NCBI GenBank assembly: GCA_965649765.1
Contig: OZ287754.1
Location: 52,824,001-52,888,000 of the forward strand
Reading direction: 5' to 3'
Length of the DNA: 64,000 nucleotides
Origin: Bispira polyomma
Lineage: Eukaryota
The notes below the pieces were generated by a model. The model ran no database searches, had not been told where the DNA came from, and worked only from the letters and a program-made list of their open reading frames with translations. The translations under genes were made by a program, and so were the position numbers. Every line of letters begins with the position of its first letter. The stretch's first letter is position 1. Shown one piece after another: positions 35,317-48,757 of the stretch.

Positions 35317-38300
35317 TCAAAAACTATGAAACCGGTTTGTTTCCCTTAAAAATTCTTGAACTGTTCGAAATATTTTCTGGTTTTGTTCAAATGTCAAGTC
35401 AAGGCTACCAAATAATAGAGTTTCACTTGTAACAGCAGGAATATCATATAATTTAGCTAACATTAACCGTCTCGGTATGGCATAGTTTATACAATCTAAA
35501 AGGAAATGTGTATTATTTTCATCAGATAGGCCACAGTCACAAGTGCAATTGCTCAAGACATGTAAATATTTTGTGAGGTGTTCCTTAAGAGGGCTACAGT
35601 TCATGCGCATTCTAGCATGAATTGCATTCCAGTACCGTTCACCTTCAACAAACAATTTTTTACGGAATTTAACTAGTTTTTCATTACACTTAAATTGTCG
35701 TTTGCGTAATATGTATTTGAATGTAGAGAGAGTTGTTGCATATTTGAGTGAGTTGTCAAGTTCATTCCAGAGTATTAACCCAGCTGGAATGAAGGAACTT
35801 TGATGCATATTTATTCTACATTTTGGAAACTGAAAATCATGTCGGTTTCGAAGTTGATATGTGATGGTACTTCCAATTGTAGGAGGAATTAAGATTTTTA
35901 GATAACTCGGAGCTAAATCATGTGTAATTTTATACATCATTATCAACACATGCTGTTCACGCCTACTGCATAAATTTTGCCAGCCTAGTTCCTCAAAGAG
36001 TGAGCGAATGTTTGATCTAAAAGGAGCACCAGACACAAGCCTCATAGCATTAACCTGAATACTATCTAGTTTGCGTAAATCAGAGTGGCTAGCCCCAGCC
36101 CAAACAACATCACCATATTCCAAAATGGGTCTAATAAAAGCAAAGTACATTTTTTCCAGTGTAATTCTGCTAACTTGATATTTTAACTGCTTTAGCATGT
36201 TCAATCGCTTTCCAGCTTCAGTACTGATTTCATCTATATGCATATGCCAGCCCAAGTTATCCTCAAGCCAAAGCCCTACATGTTTATGTTTAGCCACATT
36301 AACAATTGGTGCGTTGTGTAAGTACAACCTTGGATTTTCACTTTTGTGATGTTTGAGGCCAACAATCATTGATTCGGTTTTTGAAGGATTGAAAGTAACA
36401 AGCCAATTCTGAGACCATTTTTCAATATTTTTTAGGTCCTCATTTAATTTAATTGCTGAATCTATTCGATTGTCAACTTCAATAAAAAGGCAAGTATCAT
36501 CTGCAAAAAGTCTTAAGCTACAATTTTTTACAACTTCTGTAATATCATTAATAAAAACCAAAAACAAAAGAGGCCCCAGTACTGACCCCTGTGGTACCCC
36601 AGCAAATATTTTGCTCCAGTCTGAAAATTGACCATTGATAACAACTCGTTGAACCCTATCTTTTAGGTAATCTTCAAACCACTGGAGTAATGTACCACTG
36701 ATACCCCATTTCTTCAGTTTGAATAACAATCCCCGATGCCAAACGCGATCGAAGGCTTTAGAAATATCAAGGAACACAACTCGTATTTCTTTCTTTTGAG
36801 ATACCGCTGAGCAAAATGTATTATATATTTCAATTAATTGGGTGATTGTTGAGGAACCTGGCAAAAACCCTGATTGCCAAACTGACAGGAAGAAATTGTC
36901 TTTAAAATGATTATATAAGTATGTAAAAACTATTCTAACATCTTTCCCAAAATACTGAGAAGAGATACAGGTCGATAGTGTCCTAACACATTCTTGCTGT
37001 CTTTTTTGTGTAACGGTACTACATTAGCTTGTTTCCACAGCTTAGAAACCTTCCCTGTAGACAATGAAAGGTTGAATAATTTGGTTAACGGCTTTACCAA
37101 TGAGCGATTTGCTAGTTTTATAAATTTAGGTGAAAGACCATCGGGGTCATATGATTTGTTACAGTTAAGTATTGATATCTGGTCAAGTACTTCTTTTTCT
37201 GACACTATAATGTTGTGTAAAACACCACCCAATGGGTTGTCATCAACTGGTAATTGAGCCTGCTCTTCTCTTAATATACTAGCTTCGGCAAAAAAAGAAT
37301 TAAAAGCATTTGCTTTTTCGTTATCATCAGTTATCAGAGTACCATCCTGAGATAACATAGGGGGAATAGATTTATCAGTAGGCTTTTTCACAAAAGATTT
37401 TGCTAGTTTAAAGAATGAGCCATTACTGAAATTTTCTGCATTAAGTTTCATATAGACCTTATTTAGATGGTCATTCTTACAGCGATTGACTTCACGATAA
37501 TAAAAATTTCTTTCATGCCTATAGTTATCCCATGAAGAAACGGTATTTGCGCGTTTTGCCTTAGAATATAGGCGGTTAACTTTACGTCGTAATCTACGTA
37601 GATAGCCATTGTAAAAAGGTTTATCAAAAGAACGGACTGTCACTTCCTTATGTGGAATACATTCTTGAGCTGATAGTAACAATTTTTCTGTAAATAACTT
37701 ACATGTTTCATCTATGTTATCTTCATTTAATAAACTATTCCACTGAAAGTTGTCAAAAGAGTTTTTATACTGTTCTATATTGATTTTGCTGAAATCCCAC
37801 ATAGTCTTTTTATAGCATTTTGTTTTCTTTACACGAAAGAGAAGTTTTACAAAAATAGTACAATGATCGTTATTTGCTAAAGGTGGTTCAACTCCGGAAG
37901 TTTTGATGAATGCAGCGAAATTGGTTAAGCATTGATCAAGAACACTGCTTGTAGTATTAGTGATACGTGTTGGTTGATGTATAAGAATGCGAAGATTATT
38001 TATAGTAGAAAAGCTGTTCAAGTGCTGGCCCTGTAAGGAGTTGAAATCAGCATTTAGGTCCCCAATTAATAGTAAATTCTTACAGTCGGTACTTATGATG
38101 TTGTCAAGGCTATTTTGTAGATGAAACCAGAAGTCACTACAGAATGGAGGTCGGTAAGCAACGCATAGCAAAAACTTATTTGTATTAACTCTGACATCTA
38201 ACCACATTGTTTCGATTTCAGGTAATTCCAAATCTATCCTTCTTTTAGCTGCAATGTTATTTGCAACCCAACACAGCACCCCACCCCCTAGGTTACTCCT

Positions 38301-38750
38301 ATTTAGAACAAATGGCATTTGAAATCCATCAACAGCAAAGTCCTCTAGATTATCCTGGTCATTTAGCCATGTTTCACTTAAGGTAATTATATTGTATCTC
38401 AGTGAAATTTCATGCCTTATGATTTCCATTTTGTAAAATATATTATTAATTTTTGGCTTTAAGCTTCTAATGTTGATGTGACATATAGAAACATCGCAAA
38501 ATTCAGTATTATTCACAGGCCCGGGGTTGGTTTCAATATCACCAGCCAATGCCAGTAATTGTAAAATTAATAGTGGAAGGCATACCGGTATAATATTCAG
38601 TATTGCTATATACAATCTATTTCTGGCTAAATCGAGGAGAGAATGCAAAGAGAAGTAGAACTCACTGTAATGGGAATAGTAAAAAAAGTAATAACCAACG
38701 TCATTTGAACAAAACTTTCCTACCAATTCTCTTATTATGGAGATATGCAT
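35317..38750 (-). pseudogene. LINE ORF2: 2A motif + APE endonuclease + reverse transcriptase, with a single frameshift at ~36933
   Basis: NIRSL, LSETWL, GDLNA, LDQCL and NDHC (APE). YRPVSLL, DISKAFD, GVPQGSVLGP and LFADD (RT). TTAGAATAG vs expected TTAGAAAGAATAG (LERIV) indicates a 4-nt deletion. Confidence 0.92.
38517..38570 (-). other. 2A-like ribosome-skipping (StopGo) motif LILQLLALAGDIETNPGP
   Basis: Exact D(V/I)ExNPGP consensus just upstream of the APE domain. Confidence 0.85.
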
Positions 38751-40139
38751 ATTAGTAAGCCCATTATTTTAGATGTTTCTCTTTGTCATAGTTTTAAAGC
38801 CACAGGTCACCACACCTTTAGGATAACAGCATGAAAAAATGAATGATAACATAATAAAGCTCAATAAACTGACAATAAAATAAAAAAAAAAAAAGATAAG
38901 AGAAAAAAAAAAAACAACTAATAGAATATCTGTATAGGTATATACAAAGATAGATTGTTAATATTCAAGGAACAGAAAAGTTTGGGGTTACAAATTAATC
39001 AACTCTCACAGAATTGTTGTGGAACTAACACATTTTGATATAGCCAAAAACATGAAAGCCTTACTATTTGTGTTTATACAAGAAAATGGGGTTCCAATGA
39101 AGAATTTATCAGGACAGTATATTACTGGTAAACAGTCAAGTGCAAATATGGCATTCAGTACACATTATATACCAAATACAGAATCATCTGTGGAGTGCTA
39201 TTTAAAGAAACAAAAGATATTCTATAACTTTCCTAGAAGTTTCCCTCATTAAGTATATATTTATGACTTTACACAGGCAAAAGATTCTCCATAAAATTGT
39301 AGAAATTTACATCATTAAGTAAATATTTATAGTCCTATTTTTAAGTACATCGTTTAACAGAACAGTCACTGATACGTATATGTACCTATTTTGACATACT
39401 TGAGTTTTTAATAATTTACAATAAATTTAGTGTTACATACTATATAGCAGCTGGCAGTGTCATTTAACATATATTGAATACACAATAAAATATTAGCATA
39501 TGGTGTTGATTACAACTGGTCTTTCAAAACTTTATAGATGCTGTCTTTATACACATATATATGAATATTTTATCCAATGCACATATGATGATTGAAAACT
39601 ATTTTTTATTTTAAAAATGCACTTTAACGGCTAGAAGTGATAGATAACTATGTTGTTGATTGAAAATTGTAGCAATCAGTTAGTTTGTCAAAACAGTAAT
39701 TAAACTGAACTTCACACTTCTTCTAAAAGTTTACCTAAAGTGTTTTTTCCAGTCCAATTCTTTTCATCCCAAATTTTGCTGTCATGGATGGTCAGACCAA
39801 CTCCCCTGTACTTGCATGAATTTCTTTTGCTAATTTGCACACGAATGGTTGAGAGAGACTCACTGATTTTTTCAGTCCACTAAAGTTTTCCAGTAAAAAT
39901 GATGTCAACTTGACATATGATTTGGATGAATATTTCGGCTGTATGTGTATCTTAATCATCCAGATCAGTTTTACAAAATAATGTATATCCATAAAACTAG
40001 TGGTTGAATTTATCCCAGAAATGAGGGAGTATAGAAATATGTTGTTGAACAACAACAATTAAAATATAGGTATTAAGTTTATGTGTATTTGTGTAACTGC
40101 CACCTTAACTTGATTAGTAGTGACAAATAAGATCATTAG

Positions 40140-43100
40140 TATGTGGTGAACGAGGCTATGTTGCTCCGAGTGCCCTTACGTGTTGGTATTTGCGTAAACG
40201 TGTTATGAATGACTTGTTGTTGTCAAACCTTGGTTACTGAGCATAAATGATTCCCTGACCAATGAAATTTGAAAGATTTATGGTCAAACAAATGTTACCT
40301 TGACAGGTAATTGTGTCATAATCAAATTACATCACCTGGTTTGGGTGATGATGTCATAATAGAACCACCTGTCTAGTCTGTGATGTCACAAAAAAAGACA
40401 ATTTCCTGGTGTGGAATAGGATTGTGAGGTGGGCACGGCTTCGCCGGAGAGGCCCATCAGACGCATTTTAGATCTATTTAAAAAGTACTAGTGGGTACTG
40501 CAAACGGAAAATATTCTGGATAGAATATAGTGTTCTTGATTGGGTTATCAAACAAACTGTAGGAACTAATTGATTCCTAGTCCACTTATGACTGGTGTGG
40601 TCAACCTCATAAAGTCCATGGATAGTTTATGTGGTTTGTAAAGTTGGGCAAATAATAAGCTGGTACTAAGTGTACCTTCCTAAATGGTTGCATATGTCAG
40701 TAAGCAAGTAGGGCCACTACTGGATTGAATAGTGGGATGACAGGTTGTGTGCACAGTCTAAAATAATATTTTTTTGGAACGTGGCAATAGACTGTGCACA
40801 ACAACTAGGAATCACTCCTGTATATTGAGGCCCTGAGGTGCATTTGTGCGTAGGCGGTGTTACCATTTCCTCTATACTGTCCTCCTGACCTCTGAGGATC
40901 GGGTGGACTCTGGGTGTGCATGAATGAAATCTACTATGTGTATTTTCATGTCGGAAAGGCCATGATGACCGGGTGAGTTGAAGTGGTGGCCTATGGTATC
41001 CTTGGGATTTTTGGATGTGATATTATAGAAATGACTTTGAAATCTGTCCATTAGGCGTCTCTTGGTTTGGCCTACATACTGCATGTTGCAAGATTTACAC
41101 GTCATGCAGTAGATGAGGTTGCTGCTTTTGCAGTCAACTCTGATTTTGGATGAATATGACCGATGAGTTTGTGAACTAATGATACGACCAGTGGTGTCGA
41201 TGCACGGGCAGTATCTACATTTGCCAAATGTGCATGGTTTGCTGTGTACAACCGGTCCTACGTTAGTAGGTTTAGGTTTAGGGGGATATTGCACTTTGGC
41301 TCTTATCAATAGATCTTTGAGGTTTTTGTTACGCCTGTGGCCAAAAATGAGGTTTTGGTCTAGGAGTGTTTTTGTGTCATTGGACCTGGTTAGAAAATTC
41401 CAGTTTTTGTTGATGACATCTTTGAGACCAGAGAAGTGTGGTTGGAAAGTGTTGATGATGAATAAGTTGGTGGTGTCAAATCCCTTTGATGGTTTACTGG
41501 TAATGGCTAGTAGCTCATCTCTGTTTTGGAGTCTAGCTCGAATAATGGCCTGGTCAATGAGTTCCAGAGGATAGCCTCTTCGTTGGAAATGAAGAGCTAA
41601 TTTGCTGGCATGAGTGTCAAAGTAATCCAGCGAGGTGCAGATACGTCTAACCCTAAGAAATTGGCTGTAGGGTAGACTGGATTTACAGTGATGAGGATGT
41701 GCAGAGGAGTACATGAGGTAGTTGTGGGTCTGTTGGTTTACAATATAGGGTTGTGGATACATAGCCCTCAGAATCTAGAAGGACTGTGGTGTCTAGAAAA
41801 TTGACCTCTGTAGTTGAGATGGAGTCGGTGAACTTTATGTTGGGGTGACATGAGTTCAAATGAGAGAGGAACTGGTCCAGTTCCTCTCTAGATGCTGTCC
41901 AGATCATAAAAATGTAATCTATGAACCTTAACCAAATGTGTGGTTGTATAGGGTAGGTATATACGTGAGTATATTCAAAGTCTCCCATGTAGTTGTTGGC
42001 ATGGGAAGGGGTAACTCTGGTACCCATTGCTGTACCTGAGGTTTGTAGAAAATGTTCACCATTGAATTCAAAATTGTTTTTGGTGAGTATGAGTTTGAGT
42101 AGTTGGATTAGAGATTGGTTAGTAGGGTGATTTGCCCCTGGTCTGAATTTCGCTAGAGTTTTGGCTGCTGCTCTTAGACCATCCTTGTTTGGGATATTGG
42201 TGTAGAGTGATGTTACATCCAAAGTTACTAGATAACTGTTGGGTGGTAATTTGGGTAGATCGTGGAGGATTTGTAGAAAATGAGTGGTGTCCTTAATGTA
42301 GGAGGGTAGGTGTTTGACCGTCGGATTCAGGAAAAAATCAACAAAGGAGGAGATTTTTTCAGTGGGGCTATTATTGGCTGAAATTATAGGTCTACCTGGT
42401 GGGGGTAGTTTGCCTTTGTGAATTTTGGGAAGCATATAGAACCTTGGGGTTCTTGGTTCAGTGTTGATAAGGAACGAATGGACGGAGGGGTCTATTTCGT
42501 CCCGAGTCAACATTTCATCAAGGACCTTGATGACCTCTTGATTATGTGTATGGGTCGGGTCCTCGGTGAGCTTTTGGTAAAAGAGGGGGTCATTGAGTTG
42601 TCTGAAACCCTCTTTAAGGTAGTCAGTGGTGTTGAGTATCACTAATGAGGAGCCCTTGTCAGTTGGTTTAATTGTTATGTGTTTATTGTCCTGGAGTTGC
42701 TGGATAGCTTTCCTTTCTGATCGAGTGATGTTATTAGTCGGTGGACTATGGGTTTTAAGGTTTGAAACTTCTGATTCATTGATAATGATCATGCCCTCTA
42801 AGGTGGGGGGACCTAGAGGTTGCCATTTCGATTTGTGTTTGAATTTATAATGCTCGAATGCTTCATTTGAGTTGTATGAAGGTGGAGGTCTTAGAGCGGG
42901 ACCTTGAGCGGGGTCTCTCAGGGCGCCTGGTTTGGTTTGGGTGTTGATTGTTGGTTGTTGGTGTAGGAAACCATTTGGCGGAGATTGCCTGGTTGAGGTC
43001 AGGGATTTCATTAATCTCTTTGAGCTTTCGTGTCAAGAACTGGTTCATGGCCTCACGATCTTTGCTGATGAGAGTAGCCAGAAAGGTGAGTGCTTGGTTA

Positions 43101-43274
43101 GCACCTTCCTTGTCATCACCATACACATGTTCCACTGATCTGATCAGTGCATTTCCTTTGGCTGTATCCTTGAGATACTTGCATTGGAGTTCATCAGAGA
43201 CACTGAGAACGAGGTTTCTGCCTGAATCCTTTATTTTTTTCTACCATGGAATTGAAAAAAAAAAAAAAAAAAAA
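40140..43274 (-). mobile_element. Penelope-like element (Neptune-type), 5'-truncated, bounded by a 15-bp TSD
   Basis: RT and GIY-YIG ORFs with a Cys-rich linker. TSD AAATAAGATCATTAG at 40125-40139 and 43275-43289. Poly(A) on the + strand at ~43255-43277. Confidence 0.9.
40812..43254 (-). pseudogene. PLE RT-GIY-YIG polyprotein, disrupted
   Basis: KPTDKG, PKIHK..PGRPIIS, LDVTSLYTNIP, GTAMG, RFIDY (catalytic D->Y), PCTFGKCRYC, NLIYCMTC..C..QYVGQT and PQGLN. Frameshift at ~41735 and stops at 40872 and ~40860. Confidence 0.9.
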
Positions 43275-46200
43275 AAATAAGATCATTAGGGCTGGGTGTT
43301 GATCTTATATTTACTGTGTTAGTTTTGTAATTTACATGTGTACTGTGTCACTTTAATAAATACATGAAAATGTATAGCAAGTTTAAAAATTTGGTTTTGT
43401 GTATATTGCTGAATTCTTTGATAAATCTGTATTTAGTACAGTGTGAACTAGCCATTAGTGTGGAAATGCATGTTGATTTTGTTGAAGTGTGGTCCTGGTT
43501 ATACAACCCCTGTAAACCACAAGCCCTACTGGATGCTCCCAAGAATGATTTGTGGTTATCTTACATCTGCCCCATCATCCCCCATGACAGATTGACTACA
43601 TTTTGGGGAGGGGGAGGAAAATCTGGCCCAACTCAGAGCTTTTCTCACAGGTAAAATGTAGCACAGCACACAGTAAATTGATCCAGGACAAACCTCTAGA
43701 GAAATGGACAGTTGTGTTTATGTTATATACAGCACAACTACACTGTGTGTATACAGCACATTTATGAAGGTTTAGTTCAGAGTGCATAAATGAAATGTTC
43801 ATGGTACATGTACAACTTTGTGGAAATATATTCACCACATTTATTTAGGTTTAATCTAGTGCATCATACATACATATATTTAAATCCAAAATTATTTATA
43901 CCTTTTCTATTTCATAGAATTTTATTATAATTTAATTGGTGACTTAGTTTCCTAAAAATAATTTTCTTAGTTCATTACACATATACATGTTTATGTAAGA
44001 TTCTTAAAAATCATTATATTAGCCGGGTTGAGTAAAACCCAGGTTTTATAAGTATTGCCCAGCAGGAAAACCCACCATACACATGTTCCACTGATCTGAT
44101 CAGTGCATTTCCTTTGGCTGTATCCTTGAGATACTTGCATTGGAGTTCATCAGAGACACTGAGAACGAGGTTTCTGCCTGAATCCTTTATTTTTTTCTAC
44201 CATGGAATTGAAAAAAAAAAAAAAAAAAAAAAATAAGATCATTAGGGCTGGGTGTTGATCTTATATTTACTGTGTTAGTTTTGTAATTTACATGTGTACT
44301 GTGTCACTTTAATAAATACATGAAAATGTATAGCAAGTTTAAAAATTTGGTTTTGTGTATATTGCTGAATTCTTTGATAAATCTGTATTTAGTACAGTGT
44401 GAACTAGCCATTAGTGTGGAAATGCATGTTGATTTTGTTGAAGTGTGGTCCTGGTTATACAACCCCTGTAAACCACAAGCCCTACTGGATGCTCCCAAGA
44501 ATGATTTGTGGTTATCTTACATCTGCCCCATCATCCCCCATGACAGATTGACTACATTTTGGGGAGGGGGAGGAAAATCTGGCCCAACTCAGAGCTTTTC
44601 TCACAGGTAAAATGTAGCACAGCACACAGTAAATTGATCCAGGACAAACCTCTAGAGAAATGGACAGTTGTGTTTATGTTATATACAGCACAACTACACT
44701 GTGTGTATACAGCACATTTATGAAGGTTTAGTTCAGAGTGCATAAATGAAATGTTCATGGTACATGTACAACTTTGTGGAAATATATTCACCACATTTAT
44801 TTAGGTTTAATCTAGTGCATCATACATACATATATTTAAATCCAAAATTATTTATACCTTTTCTATTTCATAGAATTTTATTATAATTTAATTGGTGACT
44901 TAGTTTCCTAAAAATAATTTTCTTAGTTCATTACACATATACATGTTTATGTAAGATTCTTAAAAATCATTATATTAGCCGGGTTGAGTAAAACCCAGGT
45001 TTTATAAGTATTGCCCAGCAGGAAAACCCACCATACACATGTTCCACTGATCTGATCAGTGCATTTCCTTTGGCTGTATCCTTGAGATACTTGCATTGGA
45101 GTTCATCAGAGACACTGAGAACGAGGTTTCTGCCTGAATCCTTTATTTTTTTCTACCATGGAATTGAAAAAAAAAAAAAAAAAAAAAAATAAGATCATTA
45201 GGGCTGGGTGTTGATCTTATATTTACTGTGTTAGTTTTGTAATTTACATGTGTACTGTGTCACTTTAATAAATACATGAAAATGTATAGCAAGTTTAAAA
45301 ATTTGGTTTTGTGTATATTGCTGAATTCTTTGATAAATCTGTATTTAGTACAGTGTGAACTAGCCATTAGTGTGGAAATGCATGTTGATTTTGTTGAAGT
45401 GTGGTCCTGGTTATACAACCCCTGTAAACCACAAGCCCTACTGGATGCTCCCAAGAATGATTTGTGGTTATCTTACATCTGCCCCATCATCCCCCATGAC
45501 AGATTGACTACATTTTGGGGAGGGGGAGGAAAATCTGGCCCAACTCAGAGCTTTTCTCACAGGTAAAATGTAGCACAGCACACAGTAAATTGATCCAGGA
45601 CAAACCTCTAGAGAAATGGACAGTTGTGTTTATGTTATATACAGCACAACTACACTGTGTGTATACAGCACATTTATGAAGGTTTAGTTCAGAGTGCATA
45701 AATGAAATGTTCATGGTACATGTACAACTTTGTGGAAATATATTCACCACATTTATTTAGGTTTAATCTAGTGCATCATACATACATATATTTAAATCCA
45801 AAATTATTTATACCTTTTCTATTTCATAGAATTTTATTATAATTTAATTGGTGACTTAGTTTCCTAAAAATAATTTTCTTAGTTCATTACACATATACAT
45901 GTTTATGTAAGATTCTTAAAAATCATTATATTAGCCGGGTTGAGTAAAACCCAGGTTTTATAAGTATTGCCCAGCAGGAAAACCCACCATACACATGTTC
46001 CACTGATCTGATCAGTGCATTTCCTTTGGCTGTATCCTTGAGATACTTGCATTGGAGTTCATCAGAGACACTGAGAACGAGGTTTCTGCCTGAATCCTTT
46101 ATTTTTTTCTACCATGGAATTGAAAAAAAAAAAAAAAAAAAAAAAATAAGATCATTAGGGCTGGGTGTTGATCTTATATTTACTGTGTTAGTTTTGTAAT

Positions 46201-46887
46201 TTACATGTGTACTGTGTCACTTTAATAAATACATGAAAATGTATAGCAAGTTTAAAAATTTGGTTTTGTGTATATTGCTGAATTCTTTGATAAATCTGTA
46301 TTTAGTACAGTGTGAACTAGCCATTAGTGTGGAAATGCATGTTGATTTTGTTGAAGTGTGGTCCTGGTTATACAACCCCTGTAAACCACAAGCCCCCATG
46401 ACAGATTGACTACATTTTGGGGAGGGGGAGGAAAATCTGGCCCAACTCAGAGCTTTTCTCACAGGTAAAATGTAGCACAGCACACAGTAAATTGATCCAG
46501 GACAAACCTCTAGAGAAATGGACAGTTGTGTTTATGTTATATACAGCACAACTACACTGTGTGTATACAGCACATTTATGAAGGTTTAGTTCAGAGTGCA
46601 TAAATGAAATGTTCATGGTACATGTACAACTTTGTGGAAATATATTCACCACATTTATTTAGGTTTAATCTAGTGCATCATACATACATATATTTAAATC
46701 CAAAATTATTTATACCTTTTCTATTTCATAGAATTTTATTATAATTTAATTGGTGACTTAGTTTCCTAAAAATAATTTTCTTAGTTCATTACACATATAC
46801 ATGTTTATGTAAGATTCTTAAAAATCATTATATTAGCCGGGTTGAGTAAAACCCAGGTTTTATAAGTATTGCCCAGCAGGAAAACCC
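43117..46887. repeat. Tandem array of 4 x ~956 bp (4th copy has a 55-bp deletion)
   Basis: Units start at 43117, 44073, 45029 and 45985. Identical spurious ORFs recur at 956-bp offsets. Confidence 0.95.
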
Positions 46888-47591
46888 GGGTTAGCAATTT
46901 TATATGTATGCTTTAAAGCATTGTCTACATCATACAACAAAGACTTACAAACTGACACACACATACACAAACAAAATAAGAATTTTCAAACAATTGTTTA
47001 CAAAAGCTTTTTCCTGGTTCTAGGCTGTTTGGTCATATTAATTGCAATTTACATGTCACACACAAAAGATATCCCAAATCTGTCATAACTCAAACCTTGC
47101 ATTAAATTGAGCTGAGTGGCTAATCCTTTCTGTCACAGGATACATTTTACTTGATATTTTATGTGGGATTACACTGATTCAGTCAAAGCTAAGAAATAGA
47201 CTTGGCCCTTAAAAGGCAACTAAGTTAGTTAGGTGTTATAGGTAAAATTGAAATTGACTGGTAGAAAGTACTTACTGTCTGGCATAATATTTTGATTGTA
47301 CATCAATTTCCTATCATAGTATTATTACGTGTAACTCTATAGAAAGAATGTGAATAACAAATATTATTATTAAAGGTCTTTTTAAAATAAATACTGGTAC
47401 TGCCCACATTTCCTAGAATTATCCACCTTTTGGAGTATTACCCGCCCCTTTTGGAGTATTTTGCCACTTTTGGGAGTATTGCCCAGTATTGCCCACCTAG
47501 GGGTATTGCCCAGTACGGATTAATCCGGGTTTTCACAGGGGGGAGGGGGGGGGGGGGGTAATACCTGGGCAGGTTTTTCATCTCAACTCGG
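46837..47591. mobile_element. MITE with 8-bp TSD (hAT-like)
   Basis: TSD TATATTAG at 46829-46836 and 47592-47599. Ends CCGGGTTGAG / CTCAACTCGG. Subterminal GTATTGCCCA repeats. Confidence 0.8.
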
Positions 47592-48319
47592 TATATTAGT
47601 GTATTACTCATATACATATGTATATGTCTGATTGCAGAGTATAATACAGGCTCAATAATATTTCAAACTATTAAAAAAACTAGCATTGTTCAATACAATT
47701 TTATACTTTACTGTAAAGTAAATTCATTCATTCATAACCTTAATTACTAAAATTAATTTTTCATCTTGGACAAGTGATAATACTGTGGAATCTATTTACT
47801 GTCCTGAATTAAAGACAGTTTTATATCCAAACCAGTACCTAAACCTTTCGAAATATTGTGCAGACAGAGAGCACATAGACATTTGGTTTGTGAAACATAG
47901 AACAAAAAGTACTAAAATATCCATTTTTTAACCTTAAATCAATTCAATTTTTAACCTAAAATCAAGTGTCTCTAATATACTCACAGATAAGAATTTTAGG
48001 TAATCTCAACAAAATGACCCTCATTTGTAACATAACCATCAACTTACAAAATTTAAATAAAATGTGAAGAACATATATGGAAGCTGGCCACGAGAAACCC
48101 CTACAAAGACATTATAGTAACCTCAAAGTCACAGCTTAAAGGTCAAAGTTGACCAACAAGAGCACACAGTAGACTAGTGGCAGCATCCCAAAAGAAACAA
48201 AAACCTAACAAAAAAAATATCTATGTTTTTTACTTAAACGGATGTATTGGTCAAAGAAGAATCCATTAAATTTTGGAGTGAATTTGGCTTATGAGTAATA
48301 GGCTAAAAAATATGAATTA

Positions 48320-48506
48320 CAGTAGAAGCTGTATTATACAAATTTTGATTATCTGAATAGTCGATTTTATAGACTGAACTTCACTTCCCCAGCTCCTCGC
48401 ACTCATACCTGTTTTATACTAACTGCCTTTTCTATTTTATTAACCATCTATGATCCAAAGGAATTCTAACTCTTCCAAGTTGTTTGGATAAAAGAGGTTG
48501 TACTGT
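48320..48506. mobile_element. Tc1/pogo-type MITE, degenerate
   Basis: TA|CAGTAGAAGCTGTATTAT...ATAAAAGAGGTTGTACTG|TA. Confidence 0.55.
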
Positions 48507-48757
48507 ACTTCAATACAGACACACAACAAAATCAAACTAAAAAACCTGGTGTTCAAAAAAGTTAAGACTGGATGTAAAAAGGAAGCAGGGGCGTAATCAC
48601 GAAAGGTCTTAGTCTTAATTAGTCATAAGTTTAAGATTTTAGTCTTTGATTTTGTATAAAAAGCTTAAGATTTTGATCTTAGTCCCTGTAACAATAAGAA
48701 AGATCTTTGGTTGGTGTGAATTTCACCTTAAACAAAGACTAGTCTAAGTGAAGACTT

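Larger units (their letters stand above)
35153..38920 (-). mobile_element. CR1/L2-group non-LTR retrotransposon (ORF2 complete, ORF1 absent)
   Basis: APE endonuclease plus RT plus C-terminal Cys/His region. AATAAA-containing 3' end near 35153-35180. Confidence 0.92.

Noticed and set aside
36930-36945. Programmed ribosomal frameshift between LINE APE and RT
   Set aside because: It falls in the conserved KxLERIV motif and is explained by a 4-nt deletion. No slippery heptamer is present.
40420-40470. Hammerhead ribozyme in the PLE 3' region (minus strand CTGATGG-GCC-TCTCC-GGC-GAAG)
   Set aside because: The core deviates from CUGANGA/GAAA at two positions and I could not pair stems I and III. 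A covariance-model search on the family consensus could revisit this.
43348-46652. Repeated 64/80/96-aa ORFs as a gene family
   Set aside because: By-products of the 956-bp tandem array over non-coding and MITE sequence, with no domain motifs.
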